This document shows, one piece after another, positions 7,118-14,803 of a stretch of DNA of 43,766 nucleotides. The stretch comes from a virus. The stretch is from positions 1-43,766 of IMG/VR virus record IMGVR_UViG_3300044898_000015, one strand, 5' to 3'. Both the position numbers and the translations under genes were made by a program. Under the pieces are notes generated by a model. It was given only the letters and a program-made list of their open reading frames with translations, did no database searches and had not been told where the DNA came from. Each line of letters begins with the position of its first letter. Position 1 is the stretch's first letter.

Positions 7118-7560
7118 CGGACGCTCACCCGCCAAGGCTTCTCGATGGTCCGCTCCGCGAGGTCGATAGCGGCCTTGTAGTCAGGGTTCGCACCCGCGAG
7201 CTGGCGTAGCACCGAACGGTTGACCTTGTAGGTGATCTCTGCGACAACAGCGGCCTCGATCCTGTCCTCGGGGCAGCCCGCGACACGGAGCGCTTCCATC
7301 AGGTCGGCGGCGTCGTACTCGATGCTCGCGCCGCCGCTGAGCGACACTGTGCCGCTACCAACGTTGAACGTCTTGATGCCCTGATGCGTACTCTCAGACG
7401 CGAGGTAGTCCGTCGCGGAACGGATGACCGTGTCGATCTTCTGCTTAATCACCCTGGCCGACGCAAGTACGACGGCCGCGTTCTCAACCGACGCGGGCAA
7501 TACCTCGCCGCTCTCAACGTCGAGCAGTTCGGTGATGACGCTGAGCGCGGTCTCGGTCAT
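7114..7560 (-). CDS. Hypothetical protein, 148 aa (recombination-module neighbour)
   Basis: Clean ORF, tightly coupled to its neighbours. Confidence 0.55.
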   Translation of the reverse strand: MTETALSVITELLDVESGEVLPASVENAAVVLASARVIKQKIDTVIRSATDYLASESTHQGIKTFNVGSGTVSLSGGASIEYDAADLMEALRVAGCPEDRIEAAVVAEITYKVNRSVLRQLAGANPDYKAAIDLAERTIEKPWRVSVR

Positions 7561-7775
7561 GCCGCTGCGTCCCGGTGTTTGTCGACAGCCTCAAGGAAAA
7601 GCCAGCCCAGCGACGACAACCGGCGGCAAGCCCTCGACGCGACCTCCACATCGTCAAGCAGCAACGCAGCGGCAAGTTCATCCTGCGCGTCGGCGAGCAC
7701 GTCCATCAGCACGGCGCACCGCTGCAGCAACAACTCGTCGGTCGACGGGACTACGCGTACAAGCTCGACAGTCAC
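7557..7775 (-). CDS. Hypothetical protein, 72 aa
   Basis: GTGA junction with the upstream gene. Confidence 0.5.
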   Translation of the reverse strand: MTVELVRVVPSTDELLLQRCAVLMDVLADAQDELAAALLLDDVEVASRACRRLSSLGWLFLEAVDKHRDAAA

Positions 7776-7957
7776 GCCGCTACCCAGTACACGGTGTCGG
7801 AAGGGAAAAGCGCCGCATGAAGCAGCTCAAGCTTGGCCTGGTCGTCGCGTTCTTCCTGGCTGACCTCACGCGCCGCACGCAACCTGCGGTCGAGGTCGAT
7901 GTCGCAAAGCCTGACCGGGCGGATGCGGCGACGGTCACTCTCGGAACTGGTGAGCAA
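7772..7957 (-). CDS. Possible 61-aa protein (TTG start; ORF open to 8083)
   Basis: Its 3' end is coupled (GTGA) to the next gene. The upstream part overlaps the Cro-like gene, so a late TTG start after GAGGCGG is preferred. Confidence 0.35.
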   Translation of the reverse strand: MLTSSESDRRRIRPVRLCDIDLDRRLRAAREVSQEERDDQAKLELLHAALFPSDTVYWVAA

Positions 7958-7961
7958 GGGC

Positions 7962-8195
7962 TCATGCCGCCTCGAGGAAGTACGAAGGGGGCTTCTGGAG
8001 CAGCCCTGCCAGCTCCACAAGGCGCTCGTAGGACGGCCTGGAGCGCCCTGACTGCCACCCGTTGACGGTGCGGGAGTTGACACCCATTTCGCGGGCGAGA
8101 CCCTCTACGGTCACTCCAGCGTCCCTACGGGCCGTTTTGATCCGGTCGCCGATAGGCAATTCGAGGGACTTGCGCGTGGGGACAGGTTGTGCCAT
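7962..8195 (-). CDS. Cro-like XRE-family HTH regulator, 77 aa, first gene of the early-left operon
   Basis: IGDRIKTARRDAGVTVEGLAREMGVNSRTVNGWQSGRSRPSYERLVELAGLL. It is divergent from the repressor gene. Confidence 0.8.
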   Translation of the reverse strand: MAQPVPTRKSLELPIGDRIKTARRDAGVTVEGLAREMGVNSRTVNGWQSGRSRPSYERLVELAGLLQKPPSYFLEAA

Positions 8196-8224
8196 GGTTC
8201 TACCGAGGCACTCTAAACCATGGC
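8191..8224. promoter_or_regulatory. 9-bp inverted repeat GCCATGGTT-N16-AACCATGGC, candidate operator
   Basis: The arms lie at 8191-8199 and 8216-8224. The left arm covers the Cro-like start codon, and the right arm lies in the spacer of the predicted promoter. Confidence 0.45.
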
Positions 8225-8237
8225 ACAACAAAGTCAA
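8210..8237 (-). promoter_or_regulatory. Candidate early promoter for the Cro-like operon (TTGACT-16 nt-TAGAGT)
   Basis: On the minus strand the sequence reads TTGACTttgttgtgccatggttTAGAGT, ending about 14 nt before ATG 8195. Confidence 0.45.
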
Positions 8238-8282
8238 GTCGCGCCGACGACAAAACGCCCGCACTTTGCGACGCTTCTTCTT

Positions 8283-8669
8283 ATGGCACTCGCTCCGGCA
8301 GAAGTTGGTGGCCGGATCAAGGCGGCCAGACTCGCCAAGGGCTGGACGCACCAGCAGCTCCGCGACGCCTACGAAGCCCACACGGGCAAGACCGTCGACC
8401 TACGAACGGTGCAACGGTGGCAGCGCGGCTACGACGAAAAGAAGAAGAAGGGGCTGCTACCGAGGCTGGGGACGCTCATGGATCTCGCTGACGTGCTGGA
8501 CGTGCCTAGGGCATTTTTTGTGGAGCAGGAACAACCCGAAGGTCCGGACGCGCTCCTTGCCCGGATCGTTGAGATCGAAGAATCACAAGGACGGAACACA
8601 GAGATGCTCGTTGAGCTTCTGAGGATCGTTCGAGCCGATCAAGCGCCGCCTGAAAGCGCAGAGTCGTAA
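8283..8669 (+). CDS. CI-like XRE-family HTH repressor (128 aa from ATG 8283; ORF open from 8220)
   Basis: VGGRIKAARLAKGWTHQQLRDAYEAHTGKTVDLRTVQRWQRG followed by a C-terminal helical tail. It is one of only two plus-strand genes. Codons 8220-8282 have low third-position GC. No SD precedes 8283, so the transcript may be leaderless. Confidence 0.75.
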   Translation: MALAPAEVGGRIKAARLAKGWTHQQLRDAYEAHTGKTVDLRTVQRWQRGYDEKKKKGLLPRLGTLMDLADVLDVPRAFFVEQEQPEGPDALLARIVEIEESQGRNTEMLVELLRIVRADQAPPESAES

Positions 8670-8785
8670 AGTCGACAGGCTCCTCGCGGGGCATCATGGC
8701 GTGGCTCTCTCCCTGGGCCGCAGAGTTCAAGCGTTACCGGGCCGTACGCCATTTGCCCGCCTGTCGCGGACTTTAGACAATCCGG

Positions 8786-8836
8786 GGACAAAAGAAAAGC
8801 CCCTCCCGATTCCCCTTGCGGGAGACCGAGAGGGGC
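8786..8836 (-). terminator. Intrinsic terminator at the end of the late/lysis operon
   Basis: On the minus strand, a GC-rich stem (GCCCCTC/GAGGGGC with inner CTCCCG/CGGGAG) is followed by TTTTCTTTTGT. It lies about 30 nt after the stop of 8868..9143. Confidence 0.6.
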
Positions 8837-8867
8837 ACTTGCTGGCTAGCCGGAATGTTCGACGGGC

Positions 8868-9143
8868 CTAGCCAGGCGGCGGAGGCGCGGGTGGCTGCAA
8901 GACGGTGGGCGGCACGGTGGGCGGGCTGGTCTTGCCGCCGTGCATGATGAGGTTCCAGACCCCCGCGAGCCCGTTCCGGCCGAGGAACAAGACCGCGTAG
9001 CTGACGCCGGCCGCGATCGTGATTCCCCAACCCGTACTGATGTGCTGGTGGAACAGCTTGGCGATGTTGACGACGATTTCGCCGCCCGCGACACCGCTGA
9101 TGCCACCGACTAGCGCGTTCGGGTTACCGGATAAAGGGTTCAT
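8868..9143 (-). CDS. Membrane protein with Pro-rich tail (lysis cassette)
   Basis: Hydrophobic segment GWGITIAAGVSYAVLFL and C-terminal PPTVPPTVLQPPAPPPPG. Confidence 0.55.
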   Translation of the reverse strand: MNPLSGNPNALVGGISGVAGGEIVVNIAKLFHQHISTGWGITIAAGVSYAVLFLGRNGLAGVWNLIMHGGKTSPPTVPPTVLQPPAPPPPG

Positions 9144-9153
9144 ATGCCTCCGA

Positions 9154-9621
9154 TTAGGGGGTCGTGGGGACGGTCACGGTGATGATCTGTGGGCCGGTGT
9201 GGCGGGTCAGCAGGTAGCTGACGACGACGGTTACGAGCGGGATCACGACCAGAACGAGTCCGAGCGCGCCGAGCATCCTCGACTGGAATCCCTCGAGCTT
9301 CTGGATCGACTCGTTGACGTGGTGGACGTCGCTCTGTGTGGCGTAGGTCGCGTCCCTGTCCCTTGACTGGCGGATCAGGTCGTTATGCGATTTCAGCGTC
9401 TCCTTCGCGGCCTCCTCGGCCTTCTGGACGGCTTCCTTCGCCGCTGTCAGGGCAGCGTTCACCGCTTTTTCACGTTCGGTGAGGGCGAACTGGACGGCGG
9501 TCTCCTGCGCTTGGAAGCGTTCGTCGAGGCGTTTGTCGCGTTCGTCGTCGCGTTTGTCGCGCTCTTTGAGGATCAGCTCGAAGTAGGCGCGCTGCTCGTG
9601 CCGCTCCTCCACCTCGTTCAT
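9154..9621 (-). CDS. Coiled-coil protein with C-terminal TM anchor (lysis cassette)
   Basis: A long charged helical region is followed by LGALGLVLVVIPLVTVVVSYLL. Confidence 0.55.
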   Translation of the reverse strand: MNEVEERHEQRAYFELILKERDKRDDERDKRLDERFQAQETAVQFALTEREKAVNAALTAAKEAVQKAEEAAKETLKSHNDLIRQSRDRDATYATQSDVHHVNESIQKLEGFQSRMLGALGLVLVVIPLVTVVVSYLLTRHTGPQIITVTVPTTP

Positions 9622-9774
9622 CTAGGGAAGGAAGCTGAGGGCGAGCGACAGGAGGCCGCCGTCGACCCATGCCGCCTGGTTGCCGCCCGAGAAGACGGCC
9701 AAAGCGAGGAGGAGGGCGACGATGAAGCAGACGATGGCGCCGATGATGAAGAGGAGGTGCCGGTTGAGCGTCAT
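9622..9774 (-). CDS. Holin-like 50-aa protein with two TM segments (below the ORF-track cutoff)
   Basis: Hand translation gives MTLNRHLLFIIGAIVCFIVALLLALAVFSGGNQAAWVDGGLLSLALSFLP. AAGGAG lies 7 nt upstream, and the junction with the next gene is TAGATG. Confidence 0.55.
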   Translation of the reverse strand: MTLNRHLLFIIGAIVCFIVALLLALAVFSGGNQAAWVDGGLLSLALSFLP

Positions 9775-10160
9775 GGTGGGTCTCCTTTCACGGAAGGGGT
9801 TGAAGCCCAGGCCCGCTTGCCACTGCGGGGACCTCCTGGTGAGGGCGCTCTTTCGCTCCCCGGTCGCGCTCTAGAAACGCGGAGCCGGATCAATGCTGGA
9901 CTCTGAGCTACCTGGGCGAGCGCTTCTAGCCGTGATTCAACGGCCAGCCAGTGCCGAGCTAGCCGAGCAATACGTGGCGTTACTTGACGTGTCCTGCCAG
10001 ACCACGTTCGCGGTGCCCGGAGAGACAACCGTGTTGTTGGCTGCCTGCTGGTTCCAGTAATGACTCGCGGGTGAAGCAATCATCACGCTTGTCGCGTATT
10101 GCTTGATCGCCCCAGGAGTGTTGAGTGAGGCTTTCGCCGTCTCTGGTAGAGCGGCGCGTC

Positions 10161-10370
10161 CTAGAAAGGGCGCACCACCACCGTCAACCGGTCAAGCTTC
10201 CCGTTCTTCAGGAACTCCTCCGGGATCGACCGTGCAGCGATCAACTGCGCCTGCGCGTCGTCACGGGCCAGAGCCGCGGTGACGGGAACGACGACAAGCG
10301 CTTCCTCGGTGATGTCGTCGTCCTTGTCGCGCTTCTCGTCCAGCACGACTGCGTACTCGTAGAGCTTCAT
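10161..10370 (-). CDS. Hypothetical acidic protein, 69 aa
   Basis: Clean ORF MKLYEYAVVLDEKRDKDDDITEE... Confidence 0.55.
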   Translation of the reverse strand: MKLYEYAVVLDEKRDKDDDITEEALVVVPVTAALARDDAQAQLIAARSIPEEFLKNGKLDRLTVVVRPF

Positions 10371-10432
10371 TGTGTTGCTCCTTTCCTTGCGTTGTGTTAC
10401 GGGGTGTTGCAGGCTTTGCGGGTGTTGCTAAA

Positions 10433-11005
10433 TCAAGGCAGGAAGGTGAGGTAGCGGACGGGCTGCCGGTTGTCCCGCGACACATGGACGTATTCGGGGC
10501 CGCCTTCGGTCCCGTGGCTGACGGTGAGCGGGTCAGGTCCGGCCTGCACGACCACAGCCGTATGCACACCCGTCCCCGGCCCGTACACCACAACATCGCC
10601 GGGACGGACGTCAGCCTCAGCAACAGGCTTCCCGTGCTCGAGCAGCGTCCCCGTGAACCCGAGCCGCGCATACCCGAGCCCGTTCGGGTCCGGCAGCTCC
10701 GACCACCTGTAGCACGCCGTCACGAAACCGGAGCAGTCCGTCGTCAACGGCAACACGCCCGAATGCTTCGTCAGCCACTCCGACCTGACCGCCCCCTCGC
10801 TGTAATGGATCTGCGGCTCATGCTGCACACCCCACCTAGCCCACTCCACAACCTTCTCGCGTGCAGACAGGACAGGCGGTGGAGCAGGGGTAACGCTCAC
10901 CTTCTTGAACCTGGCGACCAACTTCGGAAGGATGCGGACCAGCCTCGCCGCCTTCGCACGACGCACAAGCAGGCCACCCTTCGGGCCACGCAACGTAAAC
11001 GGCAT
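10433..11005 (-). CDS. NlpC/P60-family cell-wall peptidase (endolysin)
   Basis: Catalytic Cys context TTDCSGFVTACY and His context GTGVHTAVVV. It lies at the head of the lysis cassette. Confidence 0.75.
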   Translation of the reverse strand: MPFTLRGPKGGLLVRRAKAARLVRILPKLVARFKKVSVTPAPPPVLSAREKVVEWARWGVQHEPQIHYSEGAVRSEWLTKHSGVLPLTTDCSGFVTACYRWSELPDPNGLGYARLGFTGTLLEHGKPVAEADVRPGDVVVYGPGTGVHTAVVVQAGPDPLTVSHGTEGGPEYVHVSRDNRQPVRYLTFLP

Positions 11006-11022
11006 CCCTGCCTCCTCTGACG

Positions 11023-11343
11023 CTACGCGAGCGTCACTCGTTTTACGGTGGCCCCGTCAATGCAGACACAAAACTGTGAAGTGTCCGCCCTGTACCAGAA
11101 CTGCCCTTGGCGTAACGAAGACGGATCAGCGGTGACAACCGCTAGAAAACTGACGACGACCGCGAGCCTGCCAGCAGCATCAAGCGCGACACCCTGACCC
11201 GCACCCGGGGTCGAAGACACGGTGGGGGCAGTACCAAGCGTCGGCGGCGCGACCGGCGGCGCAGGCGGCGGCGAAGGGATCCCAAACACCTGCTCGAAGC
11301 CGCCCGAAGGTGCCGCCGCTCCCTCTTCAGTACGGATCGGCAC
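11023..11343 (-). CDS. Hypothetical virion/tail-associated protein, 106 aa
   Basis: Pro/Ala-rich N-terminus. It lies directly downstream of the 613-aa tail-like gene. Confidence 0.45.
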   Translation of the reverse strand: MPIRTEEGAAAPSGGFEQVFGIPSPPPAPPVAPPTLGTAPTVSSTPGAGQGVALDAAGRLAVVVSFLAVVTADPSSLRQGQFWYRADTSQFCVCIDGATVKRVTLA

Positions 11344-11344
11344 C

Positions 11345-13186
11345 TCACACCTCCCGGATACGGATCCGCGCGTAATACTGCGCTGGACGGTTCGTGTCGA
11401 ACTCGCAGTTCGCAGGCTCGAGGATCCCCGTGTAGGTGCCGGTCACATCCGTGACTGTGAGCGGTGACTGGCTGGTGACGGAAGCGGCGAGATTCGCTCG
11501 CATCTGTTCGCCGGTCAGGTTGTGGTCGCTGTCGTCGCGACGCCGGACAGGGTTCGAGTAGCCGCCGCCGAGGTCGAGGATGAACTCGTTGATCCGGTAC
11601 GAAGTAAGAACCGGGGCGCCACGTACCGAACAGCTTCTAAGCGTCGGCCCCGCCGTCGACGTGCCTTTGTTGATTGTGATCTTGATCGCGACCGCGTGGC
11701 CGCTGATGTTCGTGAACGTGTACTCGGTTCCCGACACCGCCCCTGTGTGGAGCGTCGTCCACGACCCGGTAAGGCTTTCAAGCTGGTAGGCGATGTCGAC
11801 CGACCCTCCGTCACCGTCCGACGCCGGGGTCCATTCGATCTTTACACCGCGGAACTGTTTCGGCAGCGACGACTCGAAATCGATGAGCGACGAGATCACA
11901 TAGCCCGAAGCCGGATACGTCGACGCTGGCAGGTAGTAGCCTGTCGTCTGGTTCCGGATGTGGACAGCGTGGGTGCCGACGGTGATCACGCGGGCGGAGT
12001 CACCGCCGACCGCGTACGACCCGATCGTCGACACCCCGCCGAGAGCCGGGTTGTAAGCCATCAGGTTGCCGGTGGTGTCATCGGTGAAGATCAGCTTCCC
12101 GTCGAACACGCCGATCGCGGGGTGCGGCCCCTTAACGATCGTCTGCGCGGCACTCGAGATGGTGGTCGTCGAATAGGCGTTCGCTTCCCACAGGATCCCG
12201 ATCTGCGACCCGTCAAAGAACAAGATCGCCGGCCTCGTGTAGACGGTGGTGGACGAAGCTGGCCGGAAGAACGACCCCGAGATGTAGGCGACGCCGTAGA
12301 GAACTTCGATGTCGTACGCGACAAAGTTCGCGGGGAACACTTCGAGGCGGCTAGCACCGCTCCCGTCGTAGATCCATAGTTCGCCGCCCGCCTCCTGACC
12401 GTACGCCAGAAGTATCAGGAGTTTCCCGCCGAACGGTTCCAGGCGAGCTGGCACCATTCCTTGCGCGACCCCGGCAGCGTCCTTCCAGGTGAACAAGCTG
12501 GTGAGGACTCCGCCGGAGTCCCATCGGACGAGATCGTTGTTGTTGCCTCTGATCCCGTACAGGGTGTTGTTCAGGAACGCGAGGACGGAAGCCACTGACG
12601 CGCTAAACGTCGAGAATGATGCGCCGTCCCATTTTCGGACACCTACCCCACCCGTGTTCGTGAGGTACGTGTTCGCACCGTCGGTACACATCGCGAAATA
12701 GTTCGGGATTATCCCGAGCCCGTGCGCGCCGAGGCTTGTGATCGCGCCGACGGGGCTAACCCGGTAAAGGTTGGTGACGTCGGCGACGACAATGTTTTGG
12801 GTCGCGGCCTCACGTGCCCCTGACAGGACGGTGCCGGAGAACGCGAGCGACGGCGTCTGCGGGAACAGCACGACCTGGCCGGGGGTTCCTACATCGACGT
12901 TGGAGCCCATCCAGTAGCGGCCGTCGTTGCCTGTCCGGAAAAACTTTTGCTGCTCGCCGAGCGACCAGTCGCGTTCGCGGCTGGTGAGGAAGAAGTCCTG
13001 AGCGTTGTCGCCGTACGCGTTGCTGACGTTCTGGCGTTCGACAAACGTTGGGCTGTAGGCGAGCGACTGTTGCTGCACCCGGAACGGCAGATTCGGATCC
13101 ACCGCCCGCGAGGTGACGTAGCCGTACCCGTCGATTACGACGTCATAGACGTCGGGACACATCGCCGCGGTGTCAGTGCCGGACAC
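11345..13186 (-). CDS. Large structural protein, probable tail component (613 aa)
   Basis: It lies between the head-completion genes and the lysis cassette and has a repetitive, beta-rich composition. No specific motif was recognised. Confidence 0.4.
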   Translation of the reverse strand: MSGTDTAAMCPDVYDVVIDGYGYVTSRAVDPNLPFRVQQQSLAYSPTFVERQNVSNAYGDNAQDFFLTSRERDWSLGEQQKFFRTGNDGRYWMGSNVDVGTPGQVVLFPQTPSLAFSGTVLSGAREAATQNIVVADVTNLYRVSPVGAITSLGAHGLGIIPNYFAMCTDGANTYLTNTGGVGVRKWDGASFSTFSASVASVLAFLNNTLYGIRGNNNDLVRWDSGGVLTSLFTWKDAAGVAQGMVPARLEPFGGKLLILLAYGQEAGGELWIYDGSGASRLEVFPANFVAYDIEVLYGVAYISGSFFRPASSTTVYTRPAILFFDGSQIGILWEANAYSTTTISSAAQTIVKGPHPAIGVFDGKLIFTDDTTGNLMAYNPALGGVSTIGSYAVGGDSARVITVGTHAVHIRNQTTGYYLPASTYPASGYVISSLIDFESSLPKQFRGVKIEWTPASDGDGGSVDIAYQLESLTGSWTTLHTGAVSGTEYTFTNISGHAVAIKITINKGTSTAGPTLRSCSVRGAPVLTSYRINEFILDLGGGYSNPVRRRDDSDHNLTGEQMRANLAASVTSQSPLTVTDVTGTYTGILEPANCEFDTNRPAQYYARIRIREV

Positions 13187-13189
13187 CGG

Positions 13190-13441
13190 CTACGGCTCCC
13201 GGATAACCTGTGCGACCCGGATGACAGCCCAGCCTGGTCCGTCGCTCATCGCGAGCGACACCTCGACCGTATCCGTATCCGCGAGACCGGCTGCAGGAAG
13301 AAGAACGGCAGCAGCAGCACGGAGCGCGACAAGCCGCGGATCATCGACCGTCACAGCCACTACAGCCGTTGCTGCGTCAACTGGTGTAGCGGCGATCACG
13401 GCAGCAGCCCCGCCAGGAGTCGTTTCAAAACTGATGTCCAT
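13190..13441 (-). CDS. Hypothetical structural-module protein, 83 aa
   Basis: ATG 13441 has GAGGAGG upstream. The longer 192-aa ORF has an Arg-rich, spurious-looking N-terminus. Confidence 0.5.
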   Translation of the reverse strand: MDISFETTPGGAAAVIAATPVDAATAVVAVTVDDPRLVALRAAAAVLLPAAGLADTDTVEVSLAMSDGPGWAVIRVAQVIREP

Positions 13442-13451
13442 CGAGCCTCCT

Positions 13452-14321
13452 CTAGAACACGGACACGAGGTTCTTCGGCATCGGCGGCATCGACACCCGC
13501 GATAGATCCTTCTCGAACCTCCGCTCCAACTGGTTTGCGAGAGCGATCGAGCTACCTGCCCGGTTCGCCGCCTCCCGGTCGTCGCGCGCGCCCACGTCGA
13601 ACCGTGACCGTCCAGTCTCACCCGACGCGAGTAGCGCCACCGCTGCCCCCAACGGAAGCATCCGCTCCGCGTTCTTCGGGAACAACGGATCCACCGTGTC
13701 AGACGCCGACGCAAGATCAGGGAACGGCCCAAACCCGTGCACCCGCAACACGCCGCCGACGGGCGCACGACGAAACACGATCTTCGGAGTAGCAGCCCGC
13801 CTGACCGTCCAATCCCTGAGCGGCCTATACGCGAGATCGCCCGTGATCAGGATCTCGATCTTCGAGATGAACGGGATCGGCACCGTGTCGCCGCCATAGG
13901 TGCCGGGCATGTTCGGCACCGTGAACTCATAGGTCGCCGAGTTCGTGACAACACTGGTGTCGTTGACGGGCCTGTAAACGTACGGGTACATCTCGTCCTT
14001 CGCCCCGTTAAGCGCGTCGATGATCTCCACGCTGAAGAAGCCGGGACGGATCAGAACCGTCGCACTCGTACCATGCGACACCGCCGTCGACCCGGCCCAG
14101 CCGCGCCTCACCGTCAAGTTGTTCCCGACCGGGTCAGCCGAACAAAGCATCAGCTCGTAGTCGACCTCGAACACCCTGTTCTTCTTGAACTGTGTCCCGT
14201 CGCTGACCGGCACCGTCGTCACCGACGACGTCAGAGAAGCCGACGTGATGTCGGCCGGTGCCGGATAGTCACGCAGGAACCGTCTAGTCCGTTGGACGAG
14301 AATGTCGAGCGTCGTCGCCAA
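13452..14321 (-). CDS. Structural protein, possible head-tail adaptor (289 aa)
   Basis: Assigned from its position downstream of the capsid gene. It has a TTG start. Confidence 0.4.
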   Translation of the reverse strand: MATTLDILVQRTRRFLRDYPAPADITSASLTSSVTTVPVSDGTQFKKNRVFEVDYELMLCSADPVGNNLTVRRGWAGSTAVSHGTSATVLIRPGFFSVEIIDALNGAKDEMYPYVYRPVNDTSVVTNSATYEFTVPNMPGTYGGDTVPIPFISKIEILITGDLAYRPLRDWTVRRAATPKIVFRRAPVGGVLRVHGFGPFPDLASASDTVDPLFPKNAERMLPLGAAVALLASGETGRSRFDVGARDDREAANRAGSSIALANQLERRFEKDLSRVSMPPMPKNLVSVF

Positions 14322-14322
14322 G

Positions 14323-14496
14323 TTACGGCTTCCGGCCCTCGGGCATGTTGTTCGACGTCATCGCCCTCGTCTCGCTCAAGCTGATCTTGTCGACCTTCGG
14401 CCGTACAGGGTCGGCCGAGGTGACGACGTCGAGGTTGATACCGGTGTTCTTCTCGTTCGGGACGCCAACAGTCGCGATTTTGATTTGGGCAGCCAT
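14323..14496 (-). CDS. Hypothetical 57-aa protein (below the ORF-track cutoff)
   Basis: Hand translation gives MAAQIKIATVGVPNEKNTGINLDVVTSADPVRPKVDKISLSETRAMTSNNMPEGRKP. It has a TAAATG junction. Confidence 0.45.
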   Translation of the reverse strand: MAAQIKIATVGVPNEKNTGINLDVVTSADPVRPKVDKISLSETRAMTSNNMPEGRKP

Positions 14497-14742
14497 TTAC
14501 GCCTTTCTGTATTTGCCGGGAGCGATCTGTACGTAGGTCGGTTTGTGGTCTGTGGCGCGCGCGAACTTGTTGGGGCCGACCCGGACGTAGCCTGGCGGCG
14601 GTTTCGCTTCGGGCCTGACTTTCAGCCGTTCGGCCTCGATGGCCTGCTCGAGCTCGCGGGCGGCAAGCGCCGGCGCTTCCGCGCAATCCGCGAACCGCCA
14701 GTGCGGCTGGTTGCATTTCAAGCACGTCGGCATTTCCGACAT
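14497..14742 (-). CDS. Hypothetical protein, 81 aa, Cys-containing N-terminus
   Basis: N-terminus reads MSEMPTCLKCNQPHWRFADC. AAAGGA RBS upstream. Confidence 0.5.
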   Translation of the reverse strand: MSEMPTCLKCNQPHWRFADCAEAPALAARELEQAIEAERLKVRPEAKPPPGYVRVGPNKFARATDHKPTYVQIAPGKYRKA

Positions 14743-14764
14743 TCGGTTGTCCTTTCAGAGAGGT

Positions 14765-14790
14765 GGGAGGGGAGCCGAAGCCCCCCTCCC
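14765..14790 (-). terminator. Stable hairpin with a UUCG tetraloop just after the capsid gene stop
   Basis: The minus-strand RNA would read GGGAGGGGGGC-UUCG-GCUCCCCUCCC (10 of 11 bp paired). There is no U-tract, so it is more likely an attenuator or stabiliser than a full terminator. Confidence 0.5.
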
Positions 14791-14803
14791 CGCACGGATG
14801 CGC

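Noticed and set aside
8220-8282. ATG 8220 as the repressor start
   Set aside because: Codons 8220-8282 have mostly A or T in third positions, and the HTH proteins of this family normally start a few residues before the first helix (MALAPAEVGGRIKAARL). The ATG at 8220 is more likely just part of the inverted repeat.
9771-10079. 102-aa ORF in the lysis-cassette gap
   Set aside because: It is Arg/Ser/Pro-rich with a TTG start, no RBS and no resemblance to anything. It was treated as non-coding.
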